Shown: positions 1-9,197 of the stretch, in pieces
Layout: every line of letters starts with the position of its first letter
Numbering within the stretch: the first letter of the stretch is position 1
NCBI RefSeq assembly: GCF_016904885.1
Contig: NZ_JADWYI010000001.1
Span: 7,241,224-7,305,223 of the forward strand
Length of the DNA stretch: 64,000 nucleotides
Origin: [Archangium] primigenium
GTDB taxonomy: Bacteria > Myxococcota > Myxococcia > Myxococcales > Myxococcaceae
Direction of reading: 5' to 3'
The notes under the pieces: generated by a model
Told to the model about the DNA's origin: nothing
Seen by the model: the letters and a program-made list of their open reading frames with translations, nothing else
The model's database searches: none
Translations under genes and position numbers: made by a program

Positions 1-128
1 GCGACGCCCATTGCTCGAGCGCTGGCACGCTCCGTTGAAACAGCTCCTCCCAAGCGCCTGGTTGCCCATCGCGCACCTGGCGCAACAGCTCCTCGATGGA
101 CGGCTTCTTGGCGGCGGCTTCACCCATG
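1..128 (-). CDS. Partial CDS (5' end only; continues past the window start). The N-terminus resembles an ECF-type sigma-70 family sigma factor: MGEAAAKKPSIEELLRQVRDGQPGAWEELFQRSVPALEQWAS...
   Basis: The reverse complement of 1-128 gives an ATG at 126-128 with a GGGGGA RBS about 11 nt upstream. The LL..V..GD..AWEELF pattern is typical of the ECF sigma N-terminal region 2 lead-in. The gene lies 22 nt downstream of the kinase gene on the same strand. Confidence 0.45.
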
Positions 129-150
129 TTCAATCGTCCCCCTGTGGAGT

Positions 151-3100
151 TCACCCGCACTCCGGCGCCCGGAACCTTACATCATCGCGATCCCGGTTCC
201 GGAATTCGCGCGCCACCTCACACCGCTCATCGTGCAGTCGCGCCTTGGACGAGGGCATGTGCTCCATTCGCTCCAGACCCGCCATGGCGTCGAGCCACAC
301 GAGCGCGAAGCGCTTGCTGGGGGGCTCGCCCTCTCGCAAGGAACGTCCCAAGGTCTGGGCCTCCGTGTAGTGATTCCGGGCCTCTTCTGGAGCGCCATTG
401 ACTTCCTGAAAGGCAGCGGAGTCGACGAGCACCCGGGCCAGGACCCAGTCTCCGTACTGATCGTGCCGCTCCTCTTGACTGCTCCGCGCGAAACCAAGCG
501 CCTTGGTGAAATGCGCTGTCGCGTCGTCGGCCTTCGCCAAGTGATGGGCGATGCCCCCCCGTGCACTGTGCGCGAGCGCGAGGAGGGCATGGTCATAGGC
601 GCTCTCGTTGCGTGCGTGGAGCATGATGGCCTCGTCCAGGTCCCGCGCGGCGGCCGGAAGGTCGCGCTTGAGCAGGCCCGCGTCCGCCCGTTCCTGAAGG
701 CTCACGGCGCGGGTCCTCCGGGCGTCCTCATCCGACTCCGAGTCGCCGGGAATCGGCATCAAGCGCACGGCCTCGTTGAAATCCACCCAGGCCTTCTCCG
801 GGTCTCCTCGTGCCAGCTCGACCTTGCCGCGCTTCGAATAATTGAGCGCCAGGAGTTCGGTGAACTTCGCATCTCCATTCCGCGAAGCACCCCAGGCCGC
901 CAGCCGTGCGTGGGCGTCCTCCAAGTACCGACCGGAACGCTCGAGCGTCTCATCATGCAGGGCGACGTCCGCCTGACGCTGAAGGAGCTTGATTCCAACG
1001 AGGCGGGCCTCGGGCGCATCGCGCTCCTCGGGAGGCAGGGAGAACAGCGCCCGTTCACTCTCCTTCAGCATCTCCTGGCGCACGGGCAGCGTGTGGGCAA
1101 TCCAACTGAGTCTCCAATCCACGCTGCCAACGAGGTCGTCCAACGTCCCGATGTACGTCCTCAGAATCGCCGTCGTGTGTTGCCGCGCCTGCTCGGCGCG
1201 GACCGCGTAGAAGAGGATGGCCAGCACCGCCAGCACCGCGCCCAGATTGAGCCACCGCTTCTGGCGCATGCGCCGCCGGTCCTCGCGCGCGCCTTCCTGG
1301 AGGTAGCGCGCCGCCAGGGCACTCAGCCGATGCCGCGTGGGCCCCTGCGAAGGACCTGACTGGTGCGCGTCCTGGTAGTGCTTGAGCAAGGTCCCCGTGC
1401 GCAGCGCATCCACCGGGAAGCCCGTGTCCCGCCAGAGCTGGGCCTCGACCTCGAGATCCTCCAGGCGCTGGAGCTGGGCGCGCTCCTCGCCAATCCATCG
1501 GGCGATGACGGGCACCTCGTGCAGCAACATCTCGTGGACCAGGTCCACGCGGGGCTGCGCGGGCTCGGTGCCCTCCGACAGGAGCACCAGTCGCATGCCC
1601 GTCGGGCCCGCGGGGTTTTCTCCCGACGCCATCCCCGACAGCCGCAGCAGCACCTGCTCCGCCGAGGAATCGCCGCCCGCGGCCGCGAGCACCTCCCCCC
1701 GCGTGCGCGGTCGGCGGGTGTCGGGCATGCCCCGGCCGATCCGCACCAGCGACAGGAGGAGCCACTTGGCCCGCTCCTGGTCCTGGCCCAGGCCCTTCAA
1801 CAGCTCCTCGGCCTGTCGGGTCAGCGCGCCGCCCACTCCCCCGAGCCGGTCATAGAGGTCGAGCGTCAAGGGCTCCCCCTGGCTCGCCTCCCAGAGTCCG
1901 CGCAGGGCGTGGCTCAGCAGGGGCAAGCGTCCGGTCTCGTCGCGCGCATCGTGCACCATGCGCTCCGCCAGCCCCTCCCCCAGGCGCAACCCCGCGCCCC
2001 GGGCCATGCCCCGGACGACCTGGGTCAGGGCGGCCTCCTCCATGGGCAACAGCAGGTAGCGCGCCGCGTGCTGGAGGTGGCGCGCGAGCGCGGGCACCTG
2101 GCTGATCCGGTCCACGAAGTCGCCCCGCACACTGGTGAGCAGCCGCAAGGGGCAGTCGGGGTCGGCCAGGGCCTCGGCGAGCAGCGCACCCAGTGCCGCG
2201 CCCTCGTCCGCGCCGGGCGTGAGGAGTTCCTCCAGGGGATCGATCACCAACAGCAGACGGTGCTCCGGCGCGAGGTGCTCGGTGACGAACGCGCGCAGGG
2301 CCTGGGGATCCGCGCGCAGCGCCTTCTCGAGGGCGCCCGGGGGCGCGCCCCCACCCGGCACTGGCAGGAGGACATCGAGCGCCTGGGCCAGGGCGCGCAG
2401 GGGCTCCTGTCCGGGCCGCACCCGGACCACCCACCAGCGCGCGTCCTGCTGGAGCCGGGGCAGCACGCCCGCCTGAAGCAGGGACGACTTGCCCACGCCG
2501 CTGGGCCCTTCGAGCTGGACCCACCGCCGCCCTCCCGCCCAGGCCTCGTCGAGCAGCCCGAGCAGGGTCTGGAGGTCCGCCTCCCGACCGAAGAACAGCT
2601 CCGCCTGGGTCTCGGTGAAGGGCGCGAGGCCCGGGACGGGACAGGTGCCCGGACCGTCCCGCCACGCGCGGCCCAGCATGTCGGCGCAGCGCCGCATCGT
2701 CGGACGCGCCGAGGGCTCCTTGGCCAGCATGGCCGTGACGAAGGCGCCCAGCTCGCCTGGAAGGGTGGGCACGAACCTCAGCGCGGAGGGCGGCTCCTTC
2801 TCCAGGTGCGCGGTGATGACCTCGATGGGCTTGGGCGACACGAAGGGCGGGCGGCCCGTGAGCAGCTCGAAGAGCACGACCCCCAGGGCGTAGACATCCG
2901 CCGGGCCCTCCACCGAGGCCGCGCTGCGCAGTTGCTCGGGCGCCATGTAGAGGTAGGTGCCCAGGAAGGCCGACTCGTGGGTGTGGATCTGCGTGGCCCC
3001 CAGGGCGTCGTCCGGCAGGGGCGGAAGCTTGGCGAGGCCGAAGTCCAGGATCTTGACGCGCGGGCCCGGGGCGGGCGCGTCCCGCTGCGCGCACAGGAAG

Positions 3101-3528
3101 ACGTTCTCCGGCTTCAGGTCACGGTGGACGATGTTCCGGGCATGCACGTCCACCATGGTGGCGGCGATCTGCCGGGCCAGGGCGAGCGCCTCCGCCAGGG
3201 GCGCGGGGCCCGCCCGTTGCCGCATCCACTCGCGCAGCGTGAGGCCCTCCAGCAGCTCCATGGCCAGGAAGACCGTTCCCTCCAGCTGCTCGCAGTCGTG
3301 GACATGGACCACGCCGGGATGGTCGAGCCGGGCCAGCGTGCGGCCCTCCTGCAGGAAGCGGGCGACGACCTGCTCCTCGCGCGCCGCCTCGGGGCGCAGC
3401 AGCTTGAGGGCCACGGGCCGCTTCAGCAGCTCGTGCTCCGCCGCGAAGACCTCGGCCATGCCGCCGCGGCCCAGCAGGTGCGAGACGCGATAGGGCCCGA
3501 TGCGGCGGGTGGGGGTCGGCTGATCCAT
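151..3528 (-). CDS. Multidomain Ser/Thr protein kinase: an N-terminal Hanks-type kinase domain, a central P-loop STAND/AAA NTPase domain (GPSGVGKSSLLQAGVLP), and C-terminal TPR-like repeats
   Basis: Kinase motifs GRGGMAEVF, VALK, HRDLKPEN, DFGLAK and APE are present, followed by a Walker A motif. Amino-acid composition is natural. The protein is 1125 aa. Confidence 0.9.
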   Translation of the reverse strand: MDQPTPTRRIGPYRVSHLLGRGGMAEVFAAEHELLKRPVALKLLRPEAAREEQVVARFLQEGRTLARLDHPGVVHVHDCEQLEGTVFLAMELLEGLTLREWMRQRAGPAPLAEALALARQIAATMVDVHARNIVHRDLKPENVFLCAQRDAPAPGPRVKILDFGLAKLPPLPDDALGATQIHTHESAFLGTYLYMAPEQLRSAASVEGPADVYALGVVLFELLTGRPPFVSPKPIEVITAHLEKEPPSALRFVPTLPGELGAFVTAMLAKEPSARPTMRRCADMLGRAWRDGPGTCPVPGLAPFTETQAELFFGREADLQTLLGLLDEAWAGGRRWVQLEGPSGVGKSSLLQAGVLPRLQQDARWWVVRVRPGQEPLRALAQALDVLLPVPGGGAPPGALEKALRADPQALRAFVTEHLAPEHRLLLVIDPLEELLTPGADEGAALGALLAEALADPDCPLRLLTSVRGDFVDRISQVPALARHLQHAARYLLLPMEEAALTQVVRGMARGAGLRLGEGLAERMVHDARDETGRLPLLSHALRGLWEASQGEPLTLDLYDRLGGVGGALTRQAEELLKGLGQDQERAKWLLLSLVRIGRGMPDTRRPRTRGEVLAAAGGDSSAEQVLLRLSGMASGENPAGPTGMRLVLLSEGTEPAQPRVDLVHEMLLHEVPVIARWIGEERAQLQRLEDLEVEAQLWRDTGFPVDALRTGTLLKHYQDAHQSGPSQGPTRHRLSALAARYLQEGAREDRRRMRQKRWLNLGAVLAVLAILFYAVRAEQARQHTTAILRTYIGTLDDLVGSVDWRLSWIAHTLPVRQEMLKESERALFSLPPEERDAPEARLVGIKLLQRQADVALHDETLERSGRYLEDAHARLAAWGASRNGDAKFTELLALNYSKRGKVELARGDPEKAWVDFNEAVRLMPIPGDSESDEDARRTRAVSLQERADAGLLKRDLPAAARDLDEAIMLHARNESAYDHALLALAHSARGGIAHHLAKADDATAHFTKALGFARSSQEERHDQYGDWVLARVLVDSAAFQEVNGAPEEARNHYTEAQTLGRSLREGEPPSKRFALVWLDAMAGLERMEHMPSSKARLHDERCEVAREFRNRDRDDVRFRAPECG

Positions 3529-3626
3529 GGATGGCGACCATGCTCCCCCCTTCTCCGGGCGGGCGCCAAGCCCACCCCACCCGGAGGCCCCTTGACTGAA
3601 CGTCCTTTCAGACCCAGTCTGGGAGG

Positions 3627-4664
3627 GTGAAGCCCCGGCCCGTCTCCAATCCGCCCAACCCCTGGGACACCACCGCCGTGGAGTACCTGGAGGAGATTCC
3701 GCCCACGAAGCTGGAGGTCCACGAGGACCACAGCCGCGAGGTGCTCGGGCGCAACGACAGCCCGGACGTGGGCTTCTCCTGGAGCGTCAACCCGTACCGC
3801 GGCTGCCTGCACGCCTGCGCCTACTGCTACGCGCGCCCCTACCACGAGTACCTCGGCTTCGGCGCGGGCACGGACTTCGAGACGAAGCTCGTCGTCAAGC
3901 CGCGCGCCGCGGAACTCCTGCGCGAGGCCTTCGAGCGCAAGAGCTGGAAGGGCGAGACGGTCGCCTTCAGCGGCATCACCGACTGCTACCAGCCCCTGGA
4001 GGCCAGCCTGCGCCTCACCCGCGCGTGCCTGGAGGTCTGCGCCGAGTACCGCAACCCCGTGGGCATCATCACCAAGGGCCCCCTCATCGAGCGCGACCTG
4101 GACGTGCTCCAGACGCTCGCCGCGCACACCCGGCTCACCGTCTGCATCACCCTGCCCTTCCACGACGCGCACGTGGCGCACGCCATGGAGCCCTCCGTGG
4201 CCTCGCCCCGCCGGCGTCTGCTCACCCTCGAGCGCCTGGCCCGGGCCGGCATCGACGTGGGCGTGGCCGTCTCGCCCATCATCCCCGGCCTCAACGACGA
4301 GGACATGGTGCGTGTGCTCACCGCCGCGCGCGAGGCGGGCGCCACCCGCGCCTTCTCCACCCTGCTGCGCCTGCCCGGCCCCGTGCAGGCCGTCTTCGAG
4401 CAGCGCCTGCGCGAGAAGCTCCCCCTGCGCGCCGAGCGGGTCCTGCACCGCATCCGGGAGACGCGGGGCGGCGAGCTCAACGACTCGCGCTTCCAGGTGC
4501 GCATGCGCGGCGAGGGGCTCTACGCCGAGACGATCCACCGGCTCTTCTCCACCACCGCGCGCCGGCTCGGGCTCAAGACGTCCATGCCCCTGGAGGAGAC
4601 GGACGCGGGCCCGAGCCCCTTTCGCCGCCCCATGAAGGCCGGCACCCAGCTCAGCTTCTTCTGA
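3627..4664 (+). CDS. Radical SAM protein, DNA-repair-photolyase-like (SplB / COG1533 / Rv2578c-like family)
   Basis: There is a CxxxCxxC motif (CLHACAYC) near the N-terminus. A GTG start lies at 3627. The protein is 345 aa with natural composition. Confidence 0.8.
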   Translation: MKPRPVSNPPNPWDTTAVEYLEEIPPTKLEVHEDHSREVLGRNDSPDVGFSWSVNPYRGCLHACAYCYARPYHEYLGFGAGTDFETKLVVKPRAAELLREAFERKSWKGETVAFSGITDCYQPLEASLRLTRACLEVCAEYRNPVGIITKGPLIERDLDVLQTLAAHTRLTVCITLPFHDAHVAHAMEPSVASPRRRLLTLERLARAGIDVGVAVSPIIPGLNDEDMVRVLTAAREAGATRAFSTLLRLPGPVQAVFEQRLREKLPLRAERVLHRIRETRGGELNDSRFQVRMRGEGLYAETIHRLFSTTARRLGLKTSMPLEETDAGPSPFRRPMKAGTQLSFF

Positions 4665-4667
4665 GGC

Positions 4668-5024
4668 TCAGGGCACGTCCGCCGGGAAGACGTGCGCGCC
4701 GTCCTCGCCGAGCGGCAGGGCCACCGCCGACAGCACGGCCGACATGGGCAGCATGCCGTACAGGTGCGGGAAGAGGCCCGGGCGGCGGCCCCCCGCGGAG
4801 GGCTCCCAGCGCAGCGCCTCGCCCAGGGCCGCCGGGTCCACGGCGACGAGCCACAGGTCGCGCTCGCCCGCGCGGTGCTTGCGGGCGCTGCCACGCACCT
4901 GCTCGGCCGTGGACAGGTGCAGGAAGCCGTCGCGCGTGTCGTCGTGGGAGCCGCAGTAGATGCCGACGGTCTGGGCGGCCCGCCAGTCGGCGCCACGCAC
5001 GAGGGTGTAGATGGGGGCGTTCAT
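4668..5024 (-). CDS. DUF952 family protein
   Basis: The sequence IYTLVRGADW...DGFLHLSTAEQV...LWLVAVD...LRWE...LFPHLYGMLP matches the conserved DUF952 pattern. Confidence 0.75.
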   Translation of the reverse strand: MNAPIYTLVRGADWRAAQTVGIYCGSHDDTRDGFLHLSTAEQVRGSARKHRAGERDLWLVAVDPAALGEALRWEPSAGGRRPGLFPHLYGMLPMSAVLSAVALPLGEDGAHVFPADVP

Positions 5025-5084
5025 GCCCCCCTGCCTAGCGCACTTCCCGCCCCAGGAGGAGCCGGAGCGGGAAGCGGAAGACGA

Positions 5085-7179
5085 CTACCAGACCTCGCAG
5101 CGCTCGGCCTTGGGACGCACCATCTTCGCGTCCGCCTTGCACTGGAAGGCCTTCTGGAACTCGGACAGGTTGCCGAGCGGGCCGTTCACCCGCCAGCGCG
5201 GCGGCGCGTGCGGGTCCACCATCACGAGCTGCCGGGCGAACTCGTCGCGGGTCTTCGAGCACCAGGACTGCGCGTAGCCCAGGAAGAGCTGCTGGCTGGG
5301 CGTGAAGCGCGCACCGCCCGCGCGCCGGGCCTCCTCGGGGTTCTTGCGCAGCCACTCCTCCATGGCCGAGTGCGCGAGCTTCAAGCCGCCCAGGTCCGCC
5401 ACGTTCTCACCAAGCGTCAGCGCGCCGTTGAGCTTGAGGTCATCCACCGCCGTGTAGTTGTCGTACTGGGTCTTCACGCACGCCACGCGCTCGCGGAAGG
5501 CCTGGTCCGAGGCCGGGGTCCACCAGTCGCGCAGGTTGCCGTCCGCGTCGTACTGGCGGCCCTCGTCGTCGAAGCCGTGGGTGATTTCATGCCCCACCAC
5601 CATGCCCATGGCGCCGAAGTTCACCGGCGCCGTGGCCGAGCGGTCGAAGAAGGGCGCCTGGAGGATGCCCGCCGGGAAGACGATCTCGTTGAAGGGCGGG
5701 TTGTAGTAGGCGTTCACCGTGGGGGGCGACATCAGCCACTCGGCCTTGTCCACGGGCTTGCCAATCTTGGCGAGCTGACGCGCCTGCTCGAAGGTGTTGA
5801 GGCCCGCCCACGAGGTGAGGAACGAGCCGCGGTCCACCTGGACGCCGTCGTAGTTGCGCCACTGGTCCGGGTAGCCAATCTTGTTGACGATCTTGTGCAG
5901 CTTCACCAGGGCCTGCTCCTTGGTGGCCGCGTCCATCCAGGCGAGCGTGTCCAGGTCGCGCTCGAAGGACTTCTCCAGCTCCACCACCATCTGCTGGGTG
6001 GTGGCCTTGCCGTCCGCGCCGAAGGTGCGCGTGATGAAGGGCTGCGCGAGCGCCTCGCCCAGGCCCGCGTTGGTGTAGCGCACGCACTTCTTCCAGCGCA
6101 CCGTGTCCTGCTTCACGCCGGTGAGCGTCTGCGAGAAGCGGAAGCGCTCGTCCTGGAAGGCCTTGGGCAGGGCGGGGATGTTGCCCAGGACGTAGTGCCA
6201 CGTCAGGTACGTCTTCCACGTGGCCGGGGGCGTGGTCTTCACCAGGCGCTCCACCTCCTTGAAGAAGGCGGGGTGGGTGACGTTGAGGGCCTGCACGTCC
6301 TTGGCGCCCGCGGCGGTGAAGTACACGTCCCAGGGGAAGGCGGGCGTCTCGGCCTTGAGGCCCTTGCGCTCCAGGCGGTGGTAGAGGTTCTTGGGCTCGC
6401 GGCGCTCCACGCGCGACTGCGAGGCCTTGGCCAGCGCCGTCTCCACCTCCATCACCGTGGCGGCGCTCTTGGCGGCGGCCTCGGGCGACTCGCCGAGCAG
6501 CACGAACATGTTCTTCGTGTGCTCGAGCGCCGCGGCGCGCAGGGCCTTCGATTTGTCGTCCCCGTTGAGGTAGTAGTCGCGGTCCGGCAGCGTCAGGCCG
6601 CCCTGGTCCACCTCGCCCACCACCTGGCTGGCGTCCTTGAGATCGTTGTTGGAGCCGAAGCGGAAGAAGGGAAAGACGGAGCGGGCGTGCATCTGGCCCA
6701 CCTGCTGGGCCAGCGCCTTGGCGTCCTTGGCGCCCGTGAGCTTCGCCAGCTCCGCCTTGAGCACGGGCAGCGAGGCCTCCAGCTTCGCCTCGTCCATGCA
6801 GGCGCCGTAGAAGTCGCCGAGCTTCTGGGCGTAGGGCGTGCCCTCGGGGGCCTTGCCCGCGGCGGTCTTCTCCAGGATGTCGCGCAGGATGTCCTCGTTG
6901 CGCGCCATGATGTCGTCGAAGCCGCGCGACCAGCGGGGCCGGTCCGCGGGGATCTCCGTCGTCTTGAGCCAGGTGCCGCACGCGTACTCGTAGAAGTCGT
7001 CGCAGGGGTTGACCTGCTCGTTCATCGCCGAGGCGTCCAGGCCCGCCGGCATGGGCAGGGCCTGGGCGGGCGCGGGAGGCGCGGGGGGCGTCTGGGGCTC
7101 GGTCTGCGAGGGCCCGGGCGTGGCCGTCTTGCACGCGGACACCACGAGGCAGCAAGCGGCGAGCAATGCCTTTCTCATC
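5085..7179 (-). CDS. M13 family metallopeptidase (PepO / endothelin-converting-enzyme-like), lipoprotein
   Basis: It has the HEITHGFDD zinc motif, NAYY, and GENVADLGG. I place the start at MRKALLAACCLVVSAC (ATG at 7179; GGAG RBS). The ORF extends to 7283 if an upstream start is used. Confidence 0.9.
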
Positions 7180-7296
7180 CAGTCATCTCCAAGGGGTGAA
7201 TTCGAGGGGTGAAGCCGAGGGGTCAAAGACACGCGCGCGGGCGCCCGGCTGACGGGACGACCCACGCGCGGGGACTGCGTCACGACACGACAGCGA

Positions 7297-7857
7297 CTAC
7301 TCGCGGCCCAGCATTCCGTTCTTGAGGCCGGAGTCCACGGGATCCTTGCCCAGCCACACGGAGAAGAGCGCGTCCGCGAAGTCCTTGCCCTCCACGGCCA
7401 GCTCCTGTCCGGAGCTGCTCGTGACGGTGGTGCCCTTGCCCGGCGTATAGGTGATCACCAGCTCCTGGCCCTCCTTGAGGTCGGGGATGGCGGCGGCGAA
7501 CGTGTCCAGCCGCTGCTGGAGCTTGGCCAGACTGGCGCCCGCGTTCTTCTTGAAGCCGTCCACGATGGCCTCGGAGATCTGCTCCTTCTTGAGGTCGCGC
7601 TTCATGGACATGCGCACGCGCTTGATCTGATCCGAGGAGATGACCGTGGCGGCGTCCTGCGAGGGCGTCTGCAGGTAGAGGCCCACGGTGTACACCTTGA
7701 AGATGGCCTTCTTGCGCAGGCCCACGCCATTGAGCTTGAGCTCCTGACCGCTCACGGAGGCCGTCTCGGGGTAGTTCACCCCGGCGATCTCCTTGGCGGT
7801 GGCGGGCAGCGCGAGCAGGGACAGCAGCAGGACGGCGCACGACACGGTGTTCTTCAT
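7297..7857 (-). CDS. Secreted chalcone-isomerase-like family protein
   Basis: There is a signal peptide (MKNTVSCAVLLLSLLALPATA), and the IFKVYTVGLYLQ motif is typical of Chalcone_3-like bacterial proteins. Confidence 0.7.
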   Translation of the reverse strand: MKNTVSCAVLLLSLLALPATAKEIAGVNYPETASVSGQELKLNGVGLRKKAIFKVYTVGLYLQTPSQDAATVISSDQIKRVRMSMKRDLKKEQISEAIVDGFKKNAGASLAKLQQRLDTFAAAIPDLKEGQELVITYTPGKGTTVTSSSGQELAVEGKDFADALFSVWLGKDPVDSGLKNGMLGRE

Positions 7858-7893
7858 GGACCCCTCCGAGGTGGCGAGAACGACGGGGCCACC

Positions 7894-8982
7894 CTAGCCG
7901 TTCTTCCGAGCGAACTCCTCCATGAAGGACACGAGCGCGCGCACGTCGTCTGGGGACACCGCGTTATAGAGCGACGCGCGGATGCCGCCCGCGCTGCGGT
8001 GCCCCTTGAGCCCCACCATGCCGGAGCGCGTCGTGGCCGCCACGAAGGCGTCGTCCAGCTCGGGCGTGGGCAGGTGGAAGACCACGTTCATGTAGGAACG
8101 GGACGCGCGTTCCACGGGAGCCCGGTAGAAGCCGGACATCCGGTCCAGCGCGCCGTAGAGCAGCTCGCCCTTCTCCCGGTTGCGCCGCTCCAGCGCGGGC
8201 AGGCCGCCCAGCTCCTCGGCCCACGCGAGCACGTTGCGGCACAGGTAGATGGCGAGCGTGGGGGGCGTGTTGTAGAGCGAATTGTTCTCCGCGTGCAGGC
8301 TGTAGCGGAAGATCTTCGAGATGTCCTGGCGGCCGCGGGCGATGAAGTCCTTGCGCACCACGGCGATGAGCACGCCCGAGGGGCCCAGGTTCTTCTGGGC
8401 GCCCGCGTAGATGAAGGCGAAGCGGCTCACGTCCAGGGGCTTCCACAGGAAGTCCGAGCTCATGTCCGCCACGAGCGGCACGTCGCCCACGTCGGGCCAG
8501 GCGTGCCACTGGGTGCCGTAGATGGTGTTGTTGCTCGTGATGTGGACGTAGGCGGCGCACGGGTCGAGCTGGAGCTCGTCCTGGCGGGGCACGCGCGTGT
8601 ACTTCTTGTCCGGCTGCACCGTGGTGGCGGCGATGCGCGCCTGGCCCAGGAGCTTCGCCTCGTCGAGCGCCTTCTCGCTCCACACGCCCGTCATGAGGTA
8701 GTCCGCGCTCTCGCCGGGGCGCAGGAAGTTCAGGGGCACCTGGGCGAATTGTTGCGAGGCGCCACCGGTGAGGAAGAGCACCTGGTGGGTGTCGGGGATG
8801 CCCAGCAGCCGGGTGAGCAGCGCGATCGTCTCCTCGTGGACCGCGTCGTACTGCTTGCCCCGGTGGCTGTGCTCCATGATGGACATGCCGGAGCCCTGGA
8901 AATCGAGCAGCTCGTCGCGGGCCCGCTCGAGCGCGGGCAGGGGCAATCCCGCGGGACCCGCGTTGAAGTTGATGACGCGCAT
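7894..8982 (-). CDS. serC: Phosphoserine aminotransferase
   Basis: [14 protein letters not shown]...TGGAS...[13 protein letters not shown] is a strong SerC signature. I place the start at the internal Met (ATG 8982; GGAGA RBS). The ORF extends to 9174. Confidence 0.9.
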   Translation of the reverse strand: MRVINFNAGPAGLPLPALERARDELLDFQGSGMSIMEHSHRGKQYDAVHEETIALLTRLLGIPDTHQVLFLTGGASQQFAQVPLNFLRPGESADYLMTGVWSEKALDEAKLLGQARIAATTVQPDKKYTRVPRQDELQLDPCAAYVHITSNNTIYGTQWHAWPDVGDVPLVADMSSDFLWKPLDVSRFAFIYAGAQKNLGPSGVLIAVVRKDFIARGRQDISKIFRYSLHAENNSLYNTPPTLAIYLCRNVLAWAEELGGLPALERRNREKGELLYGALDRMSGFYRAPVERASRSYMNVVFHLPTPELDDAFVAATTRSGMVGLKGHRSAGGIRASLYNAVSPDDVRALVSFMEEFARKNG

Positions 8983-9197
8983 GGGGACGTCTCCTCTGGA
9001 AGAACGGACGGGCCGGAGATTGCGCCGAACGTGTGCGCGGGGGAAGCACGAAGCGTGTGGGAGCCTGCGGCCCACCCGGCCCCTGGGCGTCCGTCCCGGG
9101 GCCAATCCGGGAAAATCCTCGCGCCCCAACGAAGGGCATTGAACGGAGCCCTCCGACCCCCGGGCCATGGACACTGAATGGCGCTACGCTGCGCGCC

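Noticed and set aside
1363-3630. 755-aa plus-strand ORF antisense to the kinase gene
   Set aside because: Composition is Arg/Gly/Ala/His/Leu/Pro-rich, typical of the antisense frame of a high-GC gene. It has no domain-like sequence. The opposite strand encodes an unmistakable kinase.
4692-7199. 835-aa plus-strand ORF antisense to the M13 peptidase gene
   Set aside because: Same GC-driven composition. The peptidase on the minus strand has the HExxH and other family motifs.
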